A stretch of 64,000 nucleotides of DNA, from positions 62,252 to 126,251 of the forward strand of contig CAZCCV010000002.1 in the NCBI GenBank assembly GCA_964497515.1, given 5' to 3'. Position numbers and translations under genes: made by a program. The stretch comes from an uncultured bacterium. Lineage in GTDB: Bacteria > Armatimonadota > UBA5829 > DTLH01. Shown here piece by piece: positions 17,983 through 27,400 of the stretch (positions are counted from its first letter, which is position 1; each line of letters begins with the position of its first letter). The notes below the pieces were generated by a model, which was given only the letters and a program-made list of their open reading frames with translations, had not been told where the DNA came from and made no database searches.

Positions 17983-19641
17983 ATGAGACTGATGAAAAAC
18001 AATCGAGGCACATCACTTGTTGAAGTGCTGGTTGTTATGGTGGTACTCCTGCTGGGGATTATGACCATCGTACGACTTTACCCAACGGGGTTCCAGTCGG
18101 TTCGACACGCGGAGAGTATAACCTTTGCCAACAGGCTCGCCCAGTACGAATTGGAGCGCTGGAAGAACAACTCAGCGAATCTGCCTGATGGCGTTCTTCC
18201 TATTGATGATTCTGGCGCTGTGCTGAACGATCAAAACGGCGGACCTCCGATTGTGGAAGACTACAACGGCGGTGTGCTGGTTTCCGATAACGCTACCACG
18301 TTCCGCCGAGTCATTGGCGAAACGACAAAAATCCCCTTTGGCGGATGGTCAATTGACAGCCCGTCCTCTGGTTCGATGTACGTTCTCGCCTTCGGCCCAA
18401 TCAGCAATACTGCGGGTTCTTTGGCTGTCCGCGGTGGTAATCTGACTAGAAGGGTCTTCGACTCAAGCGACGGCAGCATTCAACCGTGGGCGTACTTGAG
18501 AGGCTCTCAGTACGGTATCGACTACGGTGAACAGGGCGAAAAACCGCAGTTTTGCTTCCCTGTAGCTATGTCAGACAGGCAATACTTTATCTCTTACTCG
18601 TGGTGGGAGAGGGGTTCCGGCGAGCCCGTTATGAAGACTGCTACAAGCATTCCGGTGCGTGTTGCTGCCAATACTAGAGGCTGGATATCGCTGACTCAGA
18701 TACTAAACGATGCCGGAATGAGTGTTCCGACTGGCTTCATCGGTCTTGACCAGTACAGCGATACCGCTGCTAGGGGGTTCCTTGAGGTAGCAAACTTCTC
18801 TTCGGATGCTTACGAGTTCAAGCTGCTCGATCCTGTTCTTGGGATACTGTCGTTCAACCCTCTGGGCTACTCACAGACCGAGTTCGGACACTCGCTCGAA
18901 GCAAAGATCGACTACGATATCCTGGATCTCCAGATCATTCGCGAAGACAAGCGTGTTTCGCAGAGTGGGCCGTTTATCGTCAACCTCACACTTCATGACC
19001 TGAAAGAAACAGGTGTGAGTGTAGAAGTCAACGGCGATACATACCAAGGCATACATCCACCGGTCATCCCTGCGGGTGTTGACGTGATGGCCATTGACCT
19101 CGAAACACTGATGGCGATTCCGATAGAGAAAATCTGGATCGACTACAAGGCCGGTATAATTAATCTTCCAGCTACTGTTACGCTCGTCGGCGAGGGAAGC
19201 ACGGTGCCTAACATTTCACCTGCTGGACGCAATATTAGGTTCTACTACAAAGCCGAGGGTGATTGGTCGTTGCAGTTCCAGAAAGCGTATGTCCAGTATG
19301 AGAGACGCGATTCCGGAACTCTGGACTTCAAGTCTTATATGCCCGATGCTTCAGATTTCAGAAAGATCTGGCTGTCGGCGTGCAATGTAAATCATTCCAT
19401 TGCAGTAGACTACGACTATTTGGACAATAGCGGGCAGGTTCGAAAGGTAGTCGGTGAGAACCACAAGGCGACTGATGCTTTGGATTTGCTTGGCTCGACC
19501 AAGTGTACTTACATTACTTTGGATCACGATCCGATCCGCATTTATTCAGTGAATGGCGTGTCTGCACGCGCTAGAGTGCTATGGCGCGAAGGCGAGCGCT
19601 GGAGGCACGTCCAGCTCGATACGATTCTCACTCGCAAGTAG
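17983..19641 (+). CDS. Giant minor-pilin/pseudopilin-like protein (PilV-like position), 552 aa
   Basis: Prepilin signal NNRG|TSLVEVLVVMVVLLLGIMTIV with Glu+5; the remainder is a large beta-rich globular domain with no recognised family. The track ORF starts at 17965; ATG 17983 chosen. Confidence 0.7.
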   Translation: MRLMKNNRGTSLVEVLVVMVVLLLGIMTIVRLYPTGFQSVRHAESITFANRLAQYELERWKNNSANLPDGVLPIDDSGAVLNDQNGGPPIVEDYNGGVLVSDNATTFRRVIGETTKIPFGGWSIDSPSSGSMYVLAFGPISNTAGSLAVRGGNLTRRVFDSSDGSIQPWAYLRGSQYGIDYGEQGEKPQFCFPVAMSDRQYFISYSWWERGSGEPVMKTATSIPVRVAANTRGWISLTQILNDAGMSVPTGFIGLDQYSDTAARGFLEVANFSSDAYEFKLLDPVLGILSFNPLGYSQTEFGHSLEAKIDYDILDLQIIREDKRVSQSGPFIVNLTLHDLKETGVSVEVNGDTYQGIHPPVIPAGVDVMAIDLETLMAIPIEKIWIDYKAGIINLPATVTLVGEGSTVPNISPAGRNIRFYYKAEGDWSLQFQKAYVQYERRDSGTLDFKSYMPDASDFRKIWLSACNVNHSIAVDYDYLDNSGQVRKVVGENHKATDALDLLGSTKCTYITLDHDPIRIYSVNGVSARARVLWREGERWRHVQLDTILTRK

Positions 19642-19708
19642 AGTGAATGATACGATTTGGCGCAGTTGTTAAACTGGAGTACATCTGGCGCCGAAGAGGA
19701 AGACAACT

Positions 19709-21544
19709 ATGAAAAGGACTGGGGCAAGAGCTGGTTTTACCATAATTGAATTACTTGTGGTCATCACGATCACGGTCATGTTGTTGGGGCTTATTATCGG
19801 TCCGGTCGTTCAGACCTTCGGGTTGACTCGCCAGGCTCAGGCTATGGTGCAGGCTCAGGATACCGCGCGATCGACTCTTTCTATGATCAGTCGCGATCTG
19901 AGCCAAGCGATGTTCGTTTACGACAACTCGAACAGTGCGATGAACTTCCCGTGCATACAGCCTGATGGTGTGACGCCGGTAGTGCTCAGTGCACAGTATG
20001 GCAAGGTCGATATGATTCTACCTAAGCTAACGATGCACTGTAACAATCCGGATCATCATGACGGATCGCGCGATTATGAGCGAGGAGATGAGGCGTGGCC
20101 AAGATGCCCTGTCTGCGGTTCTGACGAAGTCGAGGCACGACCAAGGCAGCCATTAACGCCTGATGCCAAAATAGTGCGCTACTTCATCGGTTTGGTAGAT
20201 AACGATCCTGCTTCGATATCTGATGCAGCTCCGAATCCCGGCTACCGAGATTGGCCGGAGACCGGGTCTCCGCTGAACGGCTTCATCCTTTACAGGGCAG
20301 AGGTCAATCCATATGACGACTCTGAGGATCCGATGAGTGGGCACAACCTGTTCCGCTATGGTGCGGATGGCAATCCGATATTGGATGATCCTAATTTCTT
20401 CTATGATACGGACATTGCACCTAATGGGGAGCCATACTGGAAGAACTGGAAGTCGACGGCGAAGCCTGTTGGTTTGCAAACAGAGACGGATCTAGTCATA
20501 CTCCGTTTGAATAACGAAGAGACTGCTATTGTATCTCTCACACCGAGCGTTCGCTTCCAGCTTTCACAGGTCACGAACGACACATTTGAGCCGTCGCATA
20601 TTGCGGATGAGAGTGCAGAGTCTCCCATAAGTATTCCATCGGTGTTTAAAGCAACATACGGCGGGTGGGGAACCTCTACAGGACCATTCAATACCGACAT
20701 CTATAGCGTTACAGTATTCCGTCCTGGTGGAGCGGCTGGTGATGCTTGGTTTAGAACCAGATGGGACTGGAATGGCGCAACTAGCAGCTATCATCTCGTT
20801 ATATACAAATACACCGGTGGAGGGAGCAACGCCATATTCGATTGCACTGCTTACGAAAAGTCGGGAGTCTTTCCGGCGAGCGCACCGGACATTGCATTTT
20901 TGGTCGATCCGAACAGAGGCGAGGTCAGATTCGACTTCCCAGACTCGGATGTCATAAACGGTAACCACATAGTTGATATGAACAAACAGGTGCGTGACAC
21001 GTGGGGCGAACCTACAAGCGCACCGCGGCGAACGTATCGCCTGACCAAGTTCCGCAGTATCAATGCCAACGATCTGTTCCAGCCACGAATTGTGCCTGGG
21101 AGCGAGGTTGTTGTCGGCCCTGATATGTCACCGGACAAAGTGGTGATGGTGCCGGATGGTCACGGGAGTTACGTGGTTCAGACACTCAATCCTAACCCTG
21201 TGAGGTACGAAAGAGTGCCATTTAATCTCGGTGATCCGGGACGCAATCAATACAAAATCGATTATGGTATGGAAGACCTGGCGGGACAAGCCGTCGGGCG
21301 GATGATTTTCAGCCCGGCTTATGATGAGCCGATTCCAGAGGTTATGCCTGATGGTTCACCTGCGCAATTTGTGATTAGATACAAGTTCCAGTGTAACCGT
21401 GATCAGGACGTGCTTCAGGGCAACTACGCTACAAAGAGCCTGATGCAGGTTACAGTCGGTATTCGGTTCTACGACAGGCAGTCTGGCAAGCTGTATCCTC
21501 TGGAGCTCTCAGACAAGATCAAAGTCCGTAACCTGATGAGGTAG
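19709..21544 (+). CDS. Giant minor-pilin/pseudopilin-like protein (PilW-like position), 611 aa, with Cys/His-rich insert
   Basis: Prepilin signal ARAG|FTIIELLVVITITVMLLGLIIG with Glu+5; a Cys/His-rich insert lies at residues 82-136. Confidence 0.7.
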   Translation: MKRTGARAGFTIIELLVVITITVMLLGLIIGPVVQTFGLTRQAQAMVQAQDTARSTLSMISRDLSQAMFVYDNSNSAMNFPCIQPDGVTPVVLSAQYGKVDMILPKLTMHCNNPDHHDGSRDYERGDEAWPRCPVCGSDEVEARPRQPLTPDAKIVRYFIGLVDNDPASISDAAPNPGYRDWPETGSPLNGFILYRAEVNPYDDSEDPMSGHNLFRYGADGNPILDDPNFFYDTDIAPNGEPYWKNWKSTAKPVGLQTETDLVILRLNNEETAIVSLTPSVRFQLSQVTNDTFEPSHIADESAESPISIPSVFKATYGGWGTSTGPFNTDIYSVTVFRPGGAAGDAWFRTRWDWNGATSSYHLVIYKYTGGGSNAIFDCTAYEKSGVFPASAPDIAFLVDPNRGEVRFDFPDSDVINGNHIVDMNKQVRDTWGEPTSAPRRTYRLTKFRSINANDLFQPRIVPGSEVVVGPDMSPDKVVMVPDGHGSYVVQTLNPNPVRYERVPFNLGDPGRNQYKIDYGMEDLAGQAVGRMIFSPAYDEPIPEVMPDGSPAQFVIRYKFQCNRDQDVLQGNYATKSLMQVTVGIRFYDRQSGKLYPLELSDKIKVRNLMR

Positions 21545-21558
21545 AAGCGAGCACTATT

Positions 21559-24339
21559 ATGAATATTTACAATTGCGGCAGATTACGGCATAAAGGTGAG
21601 CAGGGTCAGTCTCTGATCCTTGCAGTTATAGTAATGTTCCTGCTGGTGTTTATCGGCGTGATTTTTGTTCTGCTTGTGGCTAGAAACCAGGGGCGCGCGG
21701 GACGGTCGCGAGATATGGTGCAGGCACAGGCTCTCGCTGAAGCCGGAATTCACTTTGCCGATTCAATGCTTACATCGAGCGAGGATGGGGCCGATTGGCG
21801 TCCTGAACCTGCAAATTTGGGGTTCGCGTGGGATCCGGCAACTGGCTACACTCCTACGGCGGATCTGCCCGATGTTGCCGAGAACCATCCCGACTTCAAA
21901 TGGTTGAGACCGTACCAGCCGGTTGATACAGACGTGACGGTTGGTGGTGCTACAGTGCGTGGCGCTATGGGGCCGTCGGGTGGCTTTACGGCTGTAGAGA
22001 CGGGCGGTGGCAGGTATCTGCTCCGTGTTAGCTATAATCCGGATCGAAATGATCCGATGTCGAAGTTTATCAAGATCGAATCAATCGGGCGCATTGGAAT
22101 TGTTGATTTCAATGACCCTACCACTTGGGGTGAGGACAACCGAATTCGTCGGGAATTCACGGCCTATAAGCCTATCGGAGTAACCGACTATATGCGCTTC
22201 GTCACCAACAAGGACAAGCGTTCGGCAGATATTCCTCTTGGCGCTGCAGGTTTTGATGTCAGCTATGGCTACTGTAAAGACCCTAACGACTGGCGGCCTG
22301 CTCCGATAAGAGTCAACGGAAATCTTGCTTGGACAGGCAGAGAGATTGATATCTATCTGGATGGCAGCACTACTCCAGACCTCGGGTTTGTTCCCACGAG
22401 TCTGGTTGAGGTTGCTGGCGATATCAAGCACGCTCTCAATCCTGAAGACAACGACAACCCCGCTAGGGTGTTTGTATTCAAAGTGGAAAACGGTGCGGCG
22501 AGCACTGCAATTCCTGTTCAGCCGAGCACAATTGGTTCTGGCTTTGATACTGTAAACGGTCTGTATCGAGATGGCTCAAATGATACTGGTCTTCAGCGGG
22601 AAGCCAGGGGAATCAAATACCTTGGCCCACCGAGTATAGAAGAAGTGTCGGGGCCCAACAAGATACCGCGATACATCGCGCTTACCAGAGATTCTGGCAA
22701 TTGGCTGCAGTCGAACAGTGGGTTTATGGTTAACAGCGGCCGCTACGGATGGGGAAGGGGCGTTTACATCGATAACGTTTCCGACTTGCAGCCGGAAAGT
22801 GAAACGCTCTTCGGTGGTTATACTCCTCGTGCCGACTGGATTAAGCCTAACAACCGTATGTCTTCATACTGGCAGGGGCCCTACTACGTGCCGCCTGGCG
22901 TAGTGATTTCACTCAACCCGTACGATACAGATGGCGATGGTCTGCCGGATATTACAATGACTCGCACAGATGTCGTTACTCGTGCGCGAGATCCTCTGTA
23001 CGGCAAGAAATCGATATGGTACGATGCGGCTGGAAACCCGATGCACGAAAAGGGTTCAACGATAACAATCCCTTATCCACAGGGTGATCAGACCTTTACC
23101 TACTGGCACGATGCCAATAACAACGGCGTGCACGAGTCCAGCGAGGATATGAGTATTTCAATTGATCGCAATGGTGTCATCTATGCTGCAGGCAACGTAC
23201 GTATTCGCGGTATGTTGGCCAAAGGAAAGCAGCTTACGGTGGTATCAGGTGGAATAATCTATATCGAAGGCAATGTGTTGAAGCACCGAGACTTGAATAC
23301 AGGTGTCGTTGATGAGACAAGTGCCATATCGCTTCTTGCGAGAGACTATGTGTGTGTGAATACTACTCAGTTCGTAGGTCTTCTAACCAGCGCCGGGCCG
23401 AGTTCATTCGTCTCCGATGCTGGAACCGGACAGGCTCCGTATAGTCAGCTAATCACACCGGAGCCAGCGACTACGTTCTTTACAACGTTCTCATACGGCC
23501 CGAATACTGGCAATGCCGGTCTCGATTCAATGCTCTTTGTTCGCCAGGCCGGCGAGTATGGCCCGGCATATATCAATATGTGGCTCAACAGACGCCTAGG
23601 AGGAAACCAGGGGTTGGTCGCTATTGGCACGGATGATGGTGGAAATATCGGCCCGCTTGGTTCTTGGGTATATGGTTGTGGAGACCCACGATTCTCTTTA
23701 GAGGGGACAGGCGTTTCAGGGCTGTTTGAGCACAAAGTGTGGAACCTGACGAATGCATTTACAGGTAACGGGCTTCACACTGGTGTAGGTGTGCCGAACT
23801 ACTTCGAAGTTGCACTCGATCAGTCTACATATATGCGAAACAACTATCTGCTTTCGGCGTTTACGATTCAGCCGTTGGATGTTAGGATTGAGGCTGCGAT
23901 GTTTGCGCAGAACAGGTCGTTCTTTGTTATTCCGGGATCGTGGTTCAATCAGAATGCGACCGATACCCCGGATGTCAGCACGGGTTCTCGTGATGTTCCG
24001 AGACCTCGCGGCGTTGACAAGAGATGGCCGTTCTACAGTGACGCGCTCGATACTAAGATTACAATCGACGGTGCGATAACTGAAAATCTTCCGGCATCCA
24101 CTGCTGATGTCAGCGAATGGTACTCCAAATGGAGCAATATTCCTGCTACGTATGGCAGTTCCGGAGTGGACACTGCTCACGGCGGGGATGGACTTACTTT
24201 TGTATACGACCCAATGCTGGGTTATCCGGTCGATTCTTTCGGTAGACCTGTGCGAACGGACGAATACGGCAGAGCGCTTCCTATTACGCCGCGCCTGCCT
24301 ATGTGCCGTGATCTCTACTACTATGGCGAACCCACCTAA
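21559..24339 (+). CDS. PilX/GspK-like pilin-like protein lacking Glu+5, 926 aa
   Basis: N-terminus GEQG|QSLILAVIVMFLLVFIGVIFVLLVARNQ then RDMVQAQALAEAGIHFADSML resembles the PilX_N / GspK N-terminal domain (hydrophobic helix, A-x-AEAG motif). Like GspK it has no Glu at +5. Long beta-rich C-terminal region. Confidence 0.6.
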   Translation: MNIYNCGRLRHKGEQGQSLILAVIVMFLLVFIGVIFVLLVARNQGRAGRSRDMVQAQALAEAGIHFADSMLTSSEDGADWRPEPANLGFAWDPATGYTPTADLPDVAENHPDFKWLRPYQPVDTDVTVGGATVRGAMGPSGGFTAVETGGGRYLLRVSYNPDRNDPMSKFIKIESIGRIGIVDFNDPTTWGEDNRIRREFTAYKPIGVTDYMRFVTNKDKRSADIPLGAAGFDVSYGYCKDPNDWRPAPIRVNGNLAWTGREIDIYLDGSTTPDLGFVPTSLVEVAGDIKHALNPEDNDNPARVFVFKVENGAASTAIPVQPSTIGSGFDTVNGLYRDGSNDTGLQREARGIKYLGPPSIEEVSGPNKIPRYIALTRDSGNWLQSNSGFMVNSGRYGWGRGVYIDNVSDLQPESETLFGGYTPRADWIKPNNRMSSYWQGPYYVPPGVVISLNPYDTDGDGLPDITMTRTDVVTRARDPLYGKKSIWYDAAGNPMHEKGSTITIPYPQGDQTFTYWHDANNNGVHESSEDMSISIDRNGVIYAAGNVRIRGMLAKGKQLTVVSGGIIYIEGNVLKHRDLNTGVVDETSAISLLARDYVCVNTTQFVGLLTSAGPSSFVSDAGTGQAPYSQLITPEPATTFFTTFSYGPNTGNAGLDSMLFVRQAGEYGPAYINMWLNRRLGGNQGLVAIGTDDGGNIGPLGSWVYGCGDPRFSLEGTGVSGLFEHKVWNLTNAFTGNGLHTGVGVPNYFEVALDQSTYMRNNYLLSAFTIQPLDVRIEAAMFAQNRSFFVIPGSWFNQNATDTPDVSTGSRDVPRPRGVDKRWPFYSDALDTKITIDGAITENLPASTADVSEWYSKWSNIPATYGSSGVDTAHGGDGLTFVYDPMLGYPVDSFGRPVRTDEYGRALPITPRLPMCRDLYYYGEPT

Positions 24340-24404
24340 CAGGGTAGCAAGAGCTGATCGGTGTTTTGTGACGGCCAGGCCGTCGTGAGAGGTCTTGAAT
24401 AGGA

Positions 24405-27400
24405 ATGATGATGAGACGAAAAATCCCAATCATAGCCACCTTGGCGGTTCTGATTTCAGTGGCGCTGACGACAGGTGTGTTTGCAGCCGGCCAGTTATAT
24501 GTGGATAAACAGCGAACCATTAACGCTGGTGTGCTTGTGCCTACAAGGCCAAACTCTACACTGGCCGATCCTGCGGCTCCATTCGTCTTTTATATAATGG
24601 GTGCGAGAGAGGATGCAAAACCGCACGCTTGGAACTTCGTTAATCCTCTAGCCGGCGGAAGAGACAGCTTCAAAAATGTGAAAGACTATTGGCTGGTTTC
24701 ACTGCCGCAGACTACGTTTGAAAATCTTATCAAGTTCGATGTGCTGTATCTCAGTACTACTCAGCTTGTTAACTTCCGGATGGCGGACAAGGACAAACTG
24801 CGCAGATTCGTCGACGGCGGTGGTTGTCTGTGGGTAGACGGCGGAGCTGGAATGACGTTTTCGAGCGTGCTGGGCGATGCCTTCTTCCTGCCTCAGATGA
24901 ACTTTGTGTCTGGCGGCTCCGGCATACCTATGCTCGCACAGCGCTTGCATCCGGTTGTGACCAACCCATTTTGGCTGAACCAGGATGAGATAACAATACT
25001 TGGCCAGGGGCCAACAACGATTAATCCGGGGTACGATAGCGGTTTTGGTTCGATGCCCGATCCAAACACACTCTCTCCCGTTGTTTTGCTAAGCGGTGGA
25101 CTCGGCGCTGCAAAACCGACTATAGCTACTGTCGAATATGGTAGCGGCAGGATTGTTGTCACGTCGCATTTTATCGGAGGAATGATAGAACGTCCGGTGA
25201 CTGGCAATACAGCTGTGAACGTAATCACTACTCAGAACTCGAATCTGATGTTTGCCAACACATCGGCATTGAGATTTGCCTATAACGTGGTTGCATACGG
25301 CAGTTCCTCTACATCGTTCCGCAAGAACTACCGTCGTAGTGGGGTGTCCATTGAGAATCTGGCGGCTCCGCTCGATCCAAAATGGCGCGCTCCTATAGTC
25401 TCTCCTGGAGGAGCTACGATAGAGAATAGCCCAGTCATCTGGAAGAATATGATCTTCGTGACCAGTGGCAACACGATTTACGCATTCGATGCCAATCCCG
25501 AGTTCGATCTGGATCAGAACGGCAATCTGGATGATGGTGTGCCGAATCCAGGGCAGCCTTTCGATTTGGTGTGGTCTTATTCGTGTCCCGGCCAGATATC
25601 GAGCCCGACAGTAGCTACGATGTTAGACCCTCGGACATCAGGGCAACTCTCTGCATCTGATTTTATTATGGTCAACTGTACCGATGGCAGGGTATATGTC
25701 TTTGATACAGTGCCGGTTGATTCTTCAACAGGCATGATTGCCACTAACCCCGGCGCTGCACAGCCGATACCTTCGTTCTGGAAGGTAACAATGAACGTTG
25801 GATCAGGCCCGCTGCTGCCACCAGTTGCTCAGAACGGGTGGATCTACTGTGTTGGAAGTGACGGCGTCGTTTATGCGTACAGCCCGATTATATCTGCTGG
25901 TTCAGGCACATTCGATCTGCCTGCGGACTCTTGGGCAGTTCCACTGTTTCCTGGTACCAGCGGTTACAATGTGAGTGTGAAGTCTGGGCCGCTCCTAGGT
26001 TACGTCAAGAATCAGACTAATGGAGCGATTGTTCAGGTTTTGTACGTGGTCGCAAGGCCGCCTATGATCTCAACCGACCCCAACGCAGGGAACCCAAACG
26101 ATTGCATCTATGCGCTTCCTCTTTATGTGTGCAGCGATCGCCTTATGCCTAGAAACCCGAACGCGCTTAGGGGTTCTCCTACGGGAGCAATACCGTTTAG
26201 AATCGGGTTCTTGAGTGGAATGGGCACCAATCTGCCTGTGTCGAAGTATCCAGCACCTGAAGTCTGGGCTTATAACCCTGTATATAACGCTGCCGATGCT
26301 GATGCTGTAACTCCGGTACCTGTAGAGGCCGATTTCCAGCAGTCGAATACCGGCACAGTGAACATAACAGTGACTCCGCCCAATAGAATTGGTCCGAACA
26401 TTCGTGTCTATGCGACATATGGCATTGACTACAGTGCATTCCAGAGTTCAATGTCAGCTCCGGTTCCGATGTACGAGCTGAAGCCAAAAGTTGGAGGCTC
26501 TGTTGATATTATTAACCTGAGTATCAATGCTACTCCCGCTATGGGGTCTAACGATACTCTCTATATGGGTGTTAAGAATGATTCCAGTATAGGCGACCCG
26601 GGATCCGGGCACGCTTGGGTGTATTCGGTGTGGTTCGATGGCAACCCATCTGCCGCACGACTGAAGTGGAATTACTTCCTCCACGGCGGCGGTCTTATGC
26701 AGGATCCTACTAGCACAGTCTCATCGACAGGCAGAGTCCCTCTCGATGCTGCTGATCCTTCTCGCCTTTGGGGTGTGAGGGCTAAAGATCCTGTAACAGG
26801 AGCAATTGTGCCCGTGCGGCATTTGGAAGTCCGTTCAACTCCTGCAGTCACAAGAGATAAGGTATTTGCAATAGCGACAACGGATAATCCAGGAAGCCCG
26901 AATCTTCCACGCTCATATTTGCTCTGCTTCAAGGCGGACTCGAGCTTTGTTATTCGCCTGAATCGTTCGCTTTATGATACTAGCAACAACCAGCGAATGA
27001 GTGTTAAGCTGTGGCAGCCGGACTTCCTGTTCAACACGGCAAATGTGGCTCAATCTCCGCTGCTCACATCTGTTCAGGTGCCTTCGGATATGATTGACTA
27101 CAATTCCGGCACTGTAACGATTAACGACTTTGCCAAGCTCAGAGTTCAGGGTTCGTCGATCTCAGGTGTGCAGACCAGTCCGTTGACACCATCACTCCCT
27201 GTTTGGGTGTTCATTAATAATCAGCCTGTTCCTATCAATGAAGTCGATCTGTCCAGTTGGGACAATCTGCTGTGGGCGCTTCCAATACCGAACAATGGTA
27301 GCCACGTGACCAGTGTGTCGTCATCGCCGATAGTGTTGGGCGATTACGTGTATTTTGTCAGCGATGATGGCTATCTGTACTCCGTGCTGGCAGAAGTCAA

